Positions 9,437-19,020 are shown, numbered from the stretch's first letter. The stretch: 64,000 bases of DNA from a virus (IMGVR_UViG_3300033145_001841:240-64239); one strand, 5' to 3'. Made by a program: numbers and translations. Notes: generated by a model not told the origin, from the sequence alone.

Positions 9437-9496
9437 TTATAACGCTTGAGTTAAGCCGCCGCGCTGTTTGCGGTCGGATTGAACGCCTGGTTGTAA
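9437..9496 (-). mobile_element. attC site 3 (aadA-like, 60 bp)
   Basis: Minus strand ends CGGCTTAACTCAAGCGTTA, matching the right half of the aadA1 attC as I recall it. Confidence 0.85.
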
Positions 9497-9747
9497 ACGT
9501 TTACGCCAAAACCATCCTCGCAAAGCTCAACAAGTTCGCTCTTGGACAAATCGCCCAAACTCGGAACCGCGCCCTCTGCAAGCTCGTTGAATTTAACACC
9601 ATCATCTGCGAGGAGCTCAATATCGCCTTCAAATATCCAACACCAGTTATCAACATAAGTGCAGTTGGCCTTTAGCAACTTTATCGCTTCAGGAGACTGC
9701 TCTTTTGCTACTACTATCAGAGTTGTCCAAAATTCCATGGTAACCAT
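9451..9747 (-). CDS. hypothetical cassette protein
   Basis: Single ORF between attC 4 and attC 3; stop lies inside attC 3. Confidence 0.55.
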   Translation of the reverse strand: MVTMEFWTTLIVVAKEQSPEAIKLLKANCTYVDNWCWIFEGDIELLADDGVKFNELAEGAVPSLGDLSKSELVELCEDGFGVNVYNQAFNPTANSAAA

Positions 9748-9766
9748 CCTTTTTTTATGTTTGTAC

Positions 9767-9853
9767 AGATAACGCTTTAGCTCACCGCCCCCCTGCGGCG
9801 AACTCAAAATTTACCGCGGGCTTCCAGGGGTCCGGTGGAGCAGTTGGTTATAC
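9767..9853 (-). mobile_element. attC site 4
   Basis: AGATAAC...GTTATAC, 87 bp, with CTCCACCG/CGGTGAG inner boxes. Confidence 0.8.
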
Positions 9854-10117
9854 CGTTTCTAGCAAAGCGTGTATTGCGTTGATTGCGACAATTTTATCTT
9901 GTTCGATCCCTGGTGATGCCCGCAAAGCGAGCTCCATTGCCTCAAGCTCTGCTTTTGTTTCTGCTCCAACGAGGGCCGCTAAGGCTTTTCGGAGTTTCCG
10001 CATTGGATGTTTTTCGCAAACCGTGATATGGTCTGTAAGGATTTTTGCTCCGTGTGGTGGTGTCCCTTCCGGGTACGCCATACCACAATAAATACAAGTC
10101 AATGTGTTGTTACTCAT
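9848..10117 (-). CDS. small zinc-finger cassette protein
   Basis: CIYC...HITVCEKHP; the stop codon coincides with the attC 4 inverse core. Confidence 0.65.
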   Translation of the reverse strand: MSNNTLTCIYCGMAYPEGTPPHGAKILTDHITVCEKHPMRKLRKALAALVGAETKAELEAMELALRASPGIEQDKIVAINAIHALLETV

Positions 10118-10141
10118 TTTAAATCTCCTTTCTGCATGCAG

Positions 10142-10229
10142 GTATAACGTCCTAATCACCGGCCCCTGCCCGGCGAACTCCAAGTTTACCGGTTAAGCAT
10201 CCAGGGTCCGGTGGAGTGATTGGTTATAT
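10142..10229 (-). mobile_element. attC site 5
   Basis: GTATAAC...GTTATAT, 88 bp, with AATCACCGG/CCGGTGGAGTGATT arms. Confidence 0.8.
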
Positions 10230-10423
10230 TGCCTTAATGCAAAACTTTCTATTGTATGTTCATTTCCAATGTGCACTATTTTGTCATCGTGCACTACGTA
10301 GTGTGTACCCATTGCTAACAAAGCGATTGGAGCAGACATACCCGTATAGTTGGAGTGATCTATTACGTGGACCTGCATTTTTGCAAATTCTAATTTTTCG
10401 AGTACTTTTTTTAGGTTTTCCAT
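10193..10423 (-). CDS. hypothetical cassette protein
   Basis: GGAG RBS; single ORF between attC 6 and attC 5. Confidence 0.6.
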   Translation of the reverse strand: MENLKKVLEKLEFAKMQVHVIDHSNYTGMSAPIALLAMGTHYVVHDDKIVHIGNEHTIESFALRQYNQSLHRTLDA

Positions 10424-10435
10424 AACTCCCTCCGG

Positions 10436-10493
10436 TTATAACGCCAAAATCAGCGGCACGGCTTTTTGTGTCCGCTGCATTTTTTTGTTATGC
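10436..10493 (-). mobile_element. attC site 6
   Basis: TTATAAC...GTTATGC, 58 bp, 2 nt past the stop of the R-M gene. Confidence 0.8.
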
Positions 10494-10495
10494 CA

Positions 10496-13351
10496 TCACT
10501 CATCTATCTGCCACAATGCTTTTAACCTGTCCTGTATTTTTTGTTCAAAATACATCGCAATTTCTTTTTGTCTGTTTATCATTTGTTGCTCGTATTCAAT
10601 CTTTTGTATAATTTGTTCCTGCTCGATTATAGATGGGACAGGTATTTTTAGACTTTTAATAACGTTTGCATTGAATTGTGGTTGGCCCGTCCCTGTTGCT
10701 AAAGAATTGGCCTGTGTCCAATATTCATCAGCTTGCGAAAAAATCCAAAAAAATTTAGGGAGAATTGTCTTGTTGAAATTTAAGCGGATTAAATAGGATG
10801 CAAAAACAGCCTTTATGTTAGTCTCTATCAATACGCTTTTCCCGTATGTAGCACCAGTTCTTGCTATAAAAATATCGCCATTTTTCACAAGATACTCATT
10901 GATCCTTTCTTGTGAATTGATATATTTACAATCAACATCAGAAAGCATGCATTCATGTGTAATATCTGTAATTCGGATAAAACGATAGTCCCCAATTTCT
11001 AAACCTGTTGATGTTAAACCATACTTAAGGGTTGCAATATCGGCAAGTTTTGCTGATTCCCATTTCGGATTAAAGGGTAAGTATGGCTTGTATCCATCAA
11101 TAACCAACTTAGCCCCGTCAATGATTTGCTGGTAATTTTCAAGTTCTTTTACGATATCATGTTGTTTCTTAAGGGATGGCAATGGTATCTCATAAGTAGA
11201 TATTTTACTTTTGGAAACTTCTTTAAAAGTTGTTCCAGTTGCTAATGTGCCGATGTTAAAAGCTTCATGCTTTAAAATATAATAGAGATATTCGGGGAGG
11301 ATTCTTTTTTCATTGCACACAAAGTTTTTAAAACCTTGATTTGTACACGTCTCTTTTTCAGTAATACATACTTCACCAATGGTAGCCCTGCTCGAAAAAA
11401 TTACGGCCTTCTTCGGCAATAATTTCGCATTACTATTATTCATTCCTGCCTGAGTTATTTTTCTTTCGGTTTCATAAAGATATTTTTGTTTTACATCTTT
11501 AATTGTCGCCCAATTTATATCCCCATCCCAATAATCTTTATTTTTTATGCTTGGCGTTCCACCATTCACAATTTCGGCCACTTCGCCCAATTCGACCAGC
11601 CTATATTCACTCTGAATATTATAGAAATTAGATCGAGTAACTAAATTGTAATCATCGTTGGAAATGTCAGAAATATGAACGCCTTGAAAACCAATGGTAT
11701 AAAGCAATTCTGAATCTTGTTTAGAGAGAGGTCTTTCGTTTAGAGCTGATGCATTGATTTTATCTATATCACTTTCTTCGTTAATTTTTCTCCGATTATT
11801 ATCCAATGTAAATCCGTCATTCTCAACCTTGAAACACCAATATGTCTGAGTTGATGTCTGTTCAATGTCAGTTAAATATAAAATATCTGTCTTAACTCCA
11901 GCATAAGGGAGGAAACATCCTTGGGGCAAAGATACGACACTATGAAGATTAGCATGTTCCAACAAAAATCGTCTCGCAGGCTTTAATTCTTTCCTAAACA
12001 AAAAGCCTTCAGGGACAATAACCGCCATTCTTCCACCTGCTTTTAAACTTTTAAAACAATGAAGAACACACACTGTGTCGCCACTGTTTTTTCCAAGCCC
12101 GTCATAATATTTGTCCGTAACATCATTGATGAGTTTTCCGTCTTTGCCTTTCTTGGTGATTCTTTGAGAAAAAGGGATATTTGTCAAAACAATATCATAT
12201 TGACCATCAACTGGATTTTCCAAGCTATCTATCTGCGAAACGCCTGAATGACCATCTCCATGCAAAATCATATTCATTTTAGCTATGCGTGAAGTTGTTG
12301 TAATCTCACGTCCCCAAATTGATTGTGATCTTAGGAACTCTACTGCCTCTTCATTATGTTCTAAAGATTCTCGGATATGGTTAAATACCCCCGTCAAAAA
12401 GCCTCCCGTCCCACAAAATGGATCGTATGTTTTTTCCCCGAATTGTGGGTTGACCAAGTTTACCATTGCTTTGATAATATGGCGGGGGGTAAAGTATTCC
12501 CCTAGATCGTTCTGTGTTGACGTGGTTTTTTCAAGGAAATATTCAAATGCCCCTCCTTTTATATCTTCGTCAACCGGCGTTAGGTGGAGAGGGTCAAGAC
12601 GTTCAATAATATCATCGAGGGTGGAAGGTTTTCTAATGAGCAGTGTGGAAAACACGTCCCCTCCATATTGCTTAGCGATACTTTTTAAGACGATTTTATT
12701 GATATAATCAATTCTCGTTTTGCTCTGTTGTTTTTTTATGTCATTCCATATCGAACTTTTATTGTGCTCGCTGAGTAATTTGAGAAACAGAATGTTGGCA
12801 AATTCGCTAAATCTCTCAATTCCAGCCCTCAGCCCTTCCCCTCTCAAGACATCATTCAAATCTCCGAACAAAGAAATCATGTCCTTTCGTGAACGAATCA
12901 CCTCTTTTGGGATGGTATAGAGATCGTTCGTTTTTTCTGTCAAATATCCGAGGGCCTCTTTAACTCGAAGAAGTTCCTTGACTTCTTGCCCATTCAGAAG
13001 AAGCGTTTTTGAGTTCTGAACATAACGAGTTTTGCAGAACGTTCCATTAATCGCAAAAACAAGAGGAGCCTTGAGTTTTTTTGCATATTTTGTTCCCTGA
13101 TCTAAGGCTTTGTCTAAATCTGCCCCTGGTTTTTTTGCTTCAATTACTCCAAGCGGGACATATGAATCATCAACATGGCCTTTATACAAAAGAGTATAGT
13201 CAGGACGTTTTCTCCCTAATTTCTTTGAATACCCTTGAGGCAGGGAAGACTCAAAATAAACATTCCGTAGCGGATCATCAGGGTTGAGAATCCATCCTTT
13301 GTTTTCTAATGTCCGATCTATTCTATATCTTACATCAGCTTCTAAGGCCAT
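10496..13351 (-). CDS. single-chain restriction-modification enzyme (HsdR_N-like nuclease + N6-adenine MTase + two HsdS TRDs; Type IIG-like)
   Basis: RPDY...IEAKK nuclease motif; GEYFTP, DPFCGTGGFL and NIPF (motif IV variant); two TRD regions ending IPLPSL/IPVPSI. Confidence 0.9.
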   Translation of the reverse strand: MALEADVRYRIDRTLENKGWILNPDDPLRNVYFESSLPQGYSKKLGRKRPDYTLLYKGHVDDSYVPLGVIEAKKPGADLDKALDQGTKYAKKLKAPLVFAINGTFCKTRYVQNSKTLLLNGQEVKELLRVKEALGYLTEKTNDLYTIPKEVIRSRKDMISLFGDLNDVLRGEGLRAGIERFSEFANILFLKLLSEHNKSSIWNDIKKQQSKTRIDYINKIVLKSIAKQYGGDVFSTLLIRKPSTLDDIIERLDPLHLTPVDEDIKGGAFEYFLEKTTSTQNDLGEYFTPRHIIKAMVNLVNPQFGEKTYDPFCGTGGFLTGVFNHIRESLEHNEEAVEFLRSQSIWGREITTTSRIAKMNMILHGDGHSGVSQIDSLENPVDGQYDIVLTNIPFSQRITKKGKDGKLINDVTDKYYDGLGKNSGDTVCVLHCFKSLKAGGRMAVIVPEGFLFRKELKPARRFLLEHANLHSVVSLPQGCFLPYAGVKTDILYLTDIEQTSTQTYWCFKVENDGFTLDNNRRKINEESDIDKINASALNERPLSKQDSELLYTIGFQGVHISDISNDDYNLVTRSNFYNIQSEYRLVELGEVAEIVNGGTPSIKNKDYWDGDINWATIKDVKQKYLYETERKITQAGMNNSNAKLLPKKAVIFSSRATIGEVCITEKETCTNQGFKNFVCNEKRILPEYLYYILKHEAFNIGTLATGTTFKEVSKSKISTYEIPLPSLKKQHDIVKELENYQQIIDGAKLVIDGYKPYLPFNPKWESAKLADIATLKYGLTSTGLEIGDYRFIRITDITHECMLSDVDCKYINSQERINEYLVKNGDIFIARTGATYGKSVLIETNIKAVFASYLIRLNFNKTILPKFFWIFSQADEYWTQANSLATGTGQPQFNANVIKSLKIPVPSIIEQEQIIQKIEYEQQMINRQKEIAMYFEQKIQDRLKALWQIDE

Positions 13352-13424
13352 AATCGTATCCTTTTTTAAATCTCAATCTTGTATGGTGCGGGTATAACCA
13401 GTGGTTGAACGATTTTTTTTGTCA

Positions 13425-13664
13425 TCAAATATCCATTTCCGTATATTGGCCGACAAATTCCAAGAACTCAAAAAGTGCCCGCCCCGCCTCAGTGCGCGTA
13501 AACACGTCCACCTGATGCCGAGGCGCGTCAAAGGGGTTGGGCTTGTCTTTCTCTGGGAAATGCGGCAGTGGCGCCACTGGGGAGCCCGTATACCCCGGCG
13601 GGTGTTCGGCCTGTAGTCTTTGCCACATTTCGGCTTCAGTTTCTTTTTTCAATTCAAACCCCAT
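13425..13664 (-). CDS. hypothetical protein
   Basis: Short ORF between the tRNA-like element and the cassette array. Confidence 0.4.
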   Translation of the reverse strand: MGFELKKETEAEMWQRLQAEHPPGYTGSPVAPLPHFPEKDKPNPFDAPRHQVDVFTRTEAGRALFEFLEFVGQYTEMDI

Positions 13665-13690
13665 TTATATGATCGACAACTTGTTTTTTG

Positions 13691-13888
13691 TGGGGAGGAT
13701 GAGGAATCGAACCCCAGACAGCCTCGCAGATTCAAATACCAAACTTTACAGCGTAACCGGTGTGCAATAAATTCGGTGGTTTATCTTCTTTTTTCGCTTA
13801 CTAATTAGGTTGCCATGCTTTGTGGCCACTCCACATGGTTTTCTAAGATTTGTGCGGCGAGACAACTCTACCACTGAGTTATCCTCCC
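13691..13888 (-). ncRNA. tRNA-like RNA with about 130-nt insert replacing the anticodon loop
   Basis: Acceptor GGGAGGA/TCCTCCC, D-arm ACTC-AGTGGTA-GAGT, stem GTCTC/GAGGC and T-arm TGGGG-TTCGATT-CCTCA. Confidence 0.7.
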
Positions 13889-13968
13889 AAAATAACCCAC
13901 GTAGGAACCGGGACGTGGGTTGGACCCTGAAAACTGGTTAAATTCAAAGGAGGTTTTGCATGAAAAAC

Positions 13969-15177
13969 TTATGCACATATTTTCTCCTGCAACATCGTTT
14001 TCCGAATACCAGAAACTTCAACCTTAATCGCTTGCTCAATCGCCCGGAATTGGCCGACTGTAATGCAAATCTCCCGAGCCCTGGAAATCGCTGTATAAAT
14101 CCATGGCCTATTCACTAAAAAAGAAAACGATTTATGAACCGGGATAATGATCACTGGCGCCTCGGATCCTTGGAACCGATGACAGGTTATCGAATAAGCG
14201 AGCAATAAATGGTTGACGGCCTTCGGGAATGAAACGATTCGATCTGGATCAAAGAATTTCGCTTTAATTTCCTTTTCTGTGACTTCCAGAATTTTACACA
14301 AATCACCGTTGACCACATATTCGTTTTCAATGGATTGATTCTTTGTTTGGATCGCCTTATCACCAGGCTTGAATTTACATCCTTTAACGGGTTTTTCAGG
14401 GTTTAAAGCTTTCTGCAGGGACTCGTTAATGCCATTGCATGACATGGCGGTTCTGGTATTTGTGGGGCTTAAAACCTGGATGTCCCAAATCGGATCATAT
14501 CCGCGGGCAGGCAATCGGGTTGAAACCAATTCGCGGATGATTTCCACGATTTTGATAGGGTTCGGCTGCTCGATATGCCGGATGTTAAGGCCGGATTCCG
14601 GATCTAATGAAGGGGAAGGGGCATATCGTTTGCCTGATTTGATTTGATGGCACGATTTAACGATATCGCCCGAGTTACGGAATACTTGATCAAGTTCAAT
14701 GGTTGGGATGGCCCCAGAATTGAGAAAGTCCCTCAATACACTCCCAGGAGAAATAGACGGCAATTGATCTTGATCACCGATAAAAAGAATCTTTGTTTTA
14801 CTCACATCAACGGCCCTTAAAAGATCCGCCATTAAATCGCATCCAACCATGCTTGTTTCGTCACAAACCACAAAGTCGCAATCAAGGGGGTTGCTTTCAT
14901 TCCTGGTAAAACAAAACTCACCCGCATCCATTTGGGCATCCAAAAGCTTATGTATCGTGGAAGCGGGTTCGCCGGTTGCCTCAGACATTCTGCGGGCGGC
15001 CTTTCCTGATGGAGCACAAAGCTTGATATTTTTGCCACTTGATTTCATTTTTAAAAGGACTTCATTTAAGGTGGTCGTTTTCCCTACGCCGGGGCCACCT
15101 ACAATTAGAGCGATCCGGTTGCTCTCCATTATACTTGTCGCTTCAAATTGCTTTTCAGTAAGGGTTAAACTGCCCAT
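13969..15177 (-). CDS. RecD2-like SF1B helicase, C-terminal motor part
   Basis: GGPGVGKTT, DETSMV, IGDQDQLPSI, YSITCHRFQGSE and YTAISRA motifs. Confidence 0.92.
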   Translation of the reverse strand: MGSLTLTEKQFEATSIMESNRIALIVGGPGVGKTTTLNEVLLKMKSSGKNIKLCAPSGKAARRMSEATGEPASTIHKLLDAQMDAGEFCFTRNESNPLDCDFVVCDETSMVGCDLMADLLRAVDVSKTKILFIGDQDQLPSISPGSVLRDFLNSGAIPTIELDQVFRNSGDIVKSCHQIKSGKRYAPSPSLDPESGLNIRHIEQPNPIKIVEIIRELVSTRLPARGYDPIWDIQVLSPTNTRTAMSCNGINESLQKALNPEKPVKGCKFKPGDKAIQTKNQSIENEYVVNGDLCKILEVTEKEIKAKFFDPDRIVSFPKAVNHLLLAYSITCHRFQGSEAPVIIIPVHKSFSFLVNRPWIYTAISRAREICITVGQFRAIEQAIKVEVSGIRKTMLQEKICA

Positions 15178-15755
15178 CGTTCATTATTCCTTATTTTATG
15201 AAGGTGCTTATAGCTAATCCCGTTTTCATGCGCCAGTTTGACGGGTGGATATCCGAGTTCTAATTTTCGTCTTATTTCTTTGACCTTTTCCCAATTCAAT
15301 TTAGTAGTTCTTTGGTTCCTACAATTTTCACCCTTTGTCACAAAACGACAATTCCCAGGTTTATAGTTCCCGTCATTATTGATTCTATCGATTGACAAAT
15401 TGTCTTTATATCCACTTTTTAACGCCCATTTTTTGAATATAGAGAAATCGTTAGACCATTTCTGGCATACAGATATACCTCTTCCTCCATAATTTTTATA
15501 GCAAGCTAAATTTGGATTCTTGCATCTACGTTTCATATTAACCCAAATATTATAAAGCCTTGTCCCAAAACCACCATGTTTCCTGTTTGCGTTTCCTATC
15601 AATTTTGGCATAGCGCATCCGCATGATTTTGCTTGATTCCCGCTACTCAACCTTTTTTTGACTTCCTTTTTGCAAAATTGGCAAAAGAATACTGCCCATG
15701 ATTCACATTTTCCGCTTTTAAGTTTTTTCGTAGGAAGCTTTCTTACAAATCTCAT
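15165..15755 (-). CDS. HNH-type homing endonuclease
   Basis: KSCGC, YGGRGISVC and SIDRINNDGNYKPGNCRF motifs. Confidence 0.85.
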   Translation of the reverse strand: MRFVRKLPTKKLKSGKCESWAVFFCQFCKKEVKKRLSSGNQAKSCGCAMPKLIGNANRKHGGFGTRLYNIWVNMKRRCKNPNLACYKNYGGRGISVCQKWSNDFSIFKKWALKSGYKDNLSIDRINNDGNYKPGNCRFVTKGENCRNQRTTKLNWEKVKEIRRKLELGYPPVKLAHENGISYKHLHKIRNNERWAV

Positions 15756-16636
15756 CTCAGCAACTCCTTTATCTTTTCAGCGATATACGCTTCATCCCTG
15801 GCCATGGCTTTTAAGGCCACACACTCATCCTCCCGAACAACCGCGCCTTTATCAATCGCCCTGGCCAATCCTTCACCCGGATCACACCGGATCATTGATT
15901 TGACTTCCTTCACCAATTCGGCAACCTCAATCCACACATGGCCCTCACCGTGCGTCTTTTCTCGTATCGCATAGATAACAGCGGCCTGCTGTCTAAATAC
16001 CGATTGTGGCTTAACCTTGAAACGGTCAACGGCCAACCGATCAGCGGAAGGAAAACCGACTTGTTTCATCTGGATCAACCGGTATGGATTTTCCTTCAGC
16101 ATGGCCACTGCGTCACCGCCCCATTTTTGTACCAAGTCCATGGGCAGGGATTGACGGAGCCCGGCGCCGCCTATGAGTTTTTCCAATTCGACCAAAGCGC
16201 CTTCTATTTCTTGATTTTTAACGATATGGGCCTGGATCTCTTTTGCCCGGGTAATGGTGATTCCTTTAATATCGCGTGCGACCTGGTTTGGCTTGTCTCG
16301 AAGGGCGTCCAGGGTTTCAGCTCCGTAGGTCTCAACTAGCGTCCTTCCGGTTTTAGGGCCCACAAAACGACATACCCTGACTATATATCTGAATATTCCG
16401 TCGACATCTTTTGGTATTACGATTTCATGGGTTGAAAATTTGAATTGCCGGCCATATTTTTGATCATTCACCCACTTTCCAAATAATTTTATTTCTAAGC
16501 CTATTTCCGGTCGAAGAATCTGACCCAAGGCAATAAAAGAAATACGATTATGTTGAAAAGATCCAATTAGAAAACCTGTTTCTATATTCTGAAATCGGAT
16601 ATTCGTTAGAATCCCCTGCTCTGTTTCAGCTCCCAT
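15752..16636 (-). CDS. RecD2-like helicase, N-terminal part (OB fold + HhH)
   Basis: GKWVNDQKYGRQF, VGPKTG and ENPYRL...VGFPSADRLA motifs. Confidence 0.85.
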   Translation of the reverse strand: MGAETEQGILTNIRFQNIETGFLIGSFQHNRISFIALGQILRPEIGLEIKLFGKWVNDQKYGRQFKFSTHEIVIPKDVDGIFRYIVRVCRFVGPKTGRTLVETYGAETLDALRDKPNQVARDIKGITITRAKEIQAHIVKNQEIEGALVELEKLIGGAGLRQSLPMDLVQKWGGDAVAMLKENPYRLIQMKQVGFPSADRLAVDRFKVKPQSVFRQQAAVIYAIREKTHGEGHVWIEVAELVKEVKSMIRCDPGEGLARAIDKGAVVREDECVALKAMARDEAYIAEKIKELLR

Positions 16637-17251
16637 TTATAAGACCCATATTTCATTATTTACGATTCTTCCGATAGTGGACATGTGGACACCGTACAAT
16701 TCGCCCAATTCCCTTAAGAAGTATTGCCCTCCCGCATATAGGCTCCGAATTGTTCTAACAGATTCAACGTCCAATTTATTGTTTCTACGATTTCTGTTAT
16801 TAATTGCGCTGCTTACGAACCTGCAATTCGAGGCACTATAACCTTTTAAATTATTTTTTCGATCTATCTGGAGCGGTCTCCTGTATCCGTTATCCATAGC
16901 CCATTTCTTAAAGGCCAAGAAATCATTTTTCCATTCATCGCAAACAGTAACCGGGTCGTTCTTCCTCCCGCCATAATATTTGAATTTTGAATTTTTAGGG
17001 TTTTGACACCGGTCTCTCATTCGATAAAATATTGTATAAATTCTTGAATCTTTAGCTTTCCGTGCGTCGCCATGTATTGTCTGTTTCGCACCTCTTATTG
17101 TCCCACCAGCGCAACCACATGACATTTGTTTCATCCCAGATTCCATTATTTTTTCAACGTTCTTGTTGCAATACGGACAGTAAAACATCCCGTAGCGTCT
17201 TCGCTTGTCCCTCTTATCCATCCTAATATTTAATTTCTTAATCATATCCAT
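16637..17251 (-). CDS. HNH-type homing endonuclease with C-terminal HTH
   Basis: MSCGC, YYGGR and QIDRKNNLKGYSASNCRF motifs; paralogous to 15165..15755. Confidence 0.85.
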   Translation of the reverse strand: MDMIKKLNIRMDKRDKRRRYGMFYCPYCNKNVEKIMESGMKQMSCGCAGGTIRGAKQTIHGDARKAKDSRIYTIFYRMRDRCQNPKNSKFKYYGGRKNDPVTVCDEWKNDFLAFKKWAMDNGYRRPLQIDRKNNLKGYSASNCRFVSSAINNRNRRNNKLDVESVRTIRSLYAGGQYFLRELGELYGVHMSTIGRIVNNEIWVL

Positions 17252-17955
17252 GACAACATCGCCTCGACCTCCTTCTGATAATCTCCGATCCTGAACCACT
17301 TCGGCCCTTCCTCAGTTAAATGGCACAACCCTTTCCGGTAGACCGTCCCCGGTGGAAAATACCCTTCTTCAACCATGATCCGTTCGTAAATATTCAACTG
17401 GATACAATATTCATTCAGGTTGCAATCATCCAGGTGATCAATAGGCGGAAAGGCCTTTCGCCATGGATTATCCTGTTCAATGGCTTTATCCGTTTTCCAA
17501 TCCCAAATGAGAACGTCTTCCCCATCCTGCATCAACAAATCAATCTGGCCGGCCAGGCCAAGCGATGTGCTAAATACAATTTTCTCAGCGTTCAAAAACT
17601 CATATCGCTCGGTTAACCTGGCAACGGCAATATCAATGGATCGTTTCTGGCCAGCCCAACATTCAAGCACGTCAACCGGATCCGCGAAGGGAACCATCAA
17701 CGATTCCGCATAAGCATGCAGCGCATGCCCTTTCTCTCGGCCCACGCGCCCCTTCTCTTCCCAATCCGCCAACACCTCCCCAACGTGAACGCCATGTTTT
17801 TCAGCGTATTTCGCAGCAACCTTTTCCTTTTCGAATTCAGGGAAAAAACCGCCCTTGAATTGAGTCGCGCTTAAAAGCGTTTGGTTGCCCACGAAATAGC
17901 GGTGGTCTTTCTCGCTGAAGTAACAGGTCTGGCCGTCGTGTTGGGCGGTCTTCAT
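17242..17955 (-). CDS. PD-(D/E)XK exonuclease
   Basis: GHALH, LAGQIDLL, IWDWKT and QLNIY motifs. Confidence 0.85.
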   Translation of the reverse strand: MKTAQHDGQTCYFSEKDHRYFVGNQTLLSATQFKGGFFPEFEKEKVAAKYAEKHGVHVGEVLADWEEKGRVGREKGHALHAYAESLMVPFADPVDVLECWAGQKRSIDIAVARLTERYEFLNAEKIVFSTSLGLAGQIDLLMQDGEDVLIWDWKTDKAIEQDNPWRKAFPPIDHLDDCNLNEYCIQLNIYERIMVEEGYFPPGTVYRKGLCHLTEEGPKWFRIGDYQKEVEAMLSWI

Positions 17956-18335
17956 TTTTTATTCCAAGGTCTGAATCTGAAAATGGTTGAAATGCTCGGG
18001 AACGTGCCGTCGAATGTAATAGCCCGATCATCGATTGTTACAATGGCGGCGGGTTTATGCTCAGGGAAAACTATGTCAATCGGCTTTCCATCGTCATAAC
18101 AGGGCCACCCATGTTTAAAGAACCACGCCTTCATGGCGCCTATCCCACCGGTTTGATGGGACCGTGACGAAAAAATATTCACACTGAATTTCTGGCAGTA
18201 CTCTTGGATCGTTTCGAATGCCCCTTCAACAGGCGGGTCCGGTATCACATCAGCGCCCTTCCATCCGCTCGTGTAGGAGTGGATAACTCCGTCAAAATCA
18301 AGACACAGAGTTGGTTTGTATTTACGTTTGGCCAC
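17952..18335 (-). CDS. HAD-superfamily phosphatase-like protein
   Basis: LDFDGVIH...IFSSR...KP...IDDRA motifs. Confidence 0.8.
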   Translation of the reverse strand: MAKRKYKPTLCLDFDGVIHSYTSGWKGADVIPDPPVEGAFETIQEYCQKFSVNIFSSRSHQTGGIGAMKAWFFKHGWPCYDDGKPIDIVFPEHKPAAIVTIDDRAITFDGTFPSISTIFRFRPWNKK

Positions 18336-18347
18336 CCTTCGCCTCCT

Positions 18348-18884
18348 TTAGATATCGTCAAAGGAATCAGTGTTTGTGGACTCATCAACGGATTCATATC
18401 CATCAAAGGCCACGTTGACATACATTTTCCCCGGGTCTTTTTTCGACTCTTTTTCTTCAGTGGTGATAATCGCCTGGGCACCAATGATCAGATCAGACCA
18501 AGCGTTCTTGGGAATTTTTTCATTCCCGCTGATCATACCGCACCGTTTGGCAACCAGAATGCGCCGGTTTTTCGCCCAATCTTCCTCCTTAGGATGACCA
18601 AGCAAAATGTTGTCGAATTGAAATCGGCCTTCGAACTGATCCTTTATTTCATCAGTGGCCTTTGTCCCAACAGGACATTCGAGCACTTCATCAACAATCC
18701 ATTTCAAACCGGCTTGATAGCCCGTGTAGTCCGACATCTTCGCTTCACTTGGCACGCTGGATTCACACGTCCCAAGAAATCTCATAGGTGGAAGTCTCCC
18801 GCCACTTTCAGCGTTTTTAATATCGTCTGCGGTAATTTCCTCATCATCCATCCCTAACTCATCCCACAACAATGCATCTCCCAT
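18348..18884 (-). CDS. putative ssDNA-binding protein (DUF669-like)
   Basis: Acidic tail ending DSFDDI; downstream of the AAA recombination gene. Confidence 0.5.
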   Translation of the reverse strand: MGDALLWDELGMDDEEITADDIKNAESGGRLPPMRFLGTCESSVPSEAKMSDYTGYQAGLKWIVDEVLECPVGTKATDEIKDQFEGRFQFDNILLGHPKEEDWAKNRRILVAKRCGMISGNEKIPKNAWSDLIIGAQAIITTEEKESKKDPGKMYVNVAFDGYESVDESTNTDSFDDI

Positions 18885-19020
18885 GGTTATTCTCCTTGTT
18901 CCAAAAAAGTTTCAATTATGCGGCACTCCTTGTTCGTTGTGGCCCAAAGGCCGGGAAATTCAAGCGCCGCAGCTCCTGCTTTATTTATACGTTTAGCCCC
19001 ATACCGGATAACCAGTGGCA

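Noticed and set aside
17242-17955. Cas4 as adaptation module for the RAMP loci
   Set aside because: It lacks the four-Cys Fe-S pattern and sits in an ordinary recombination cluster.
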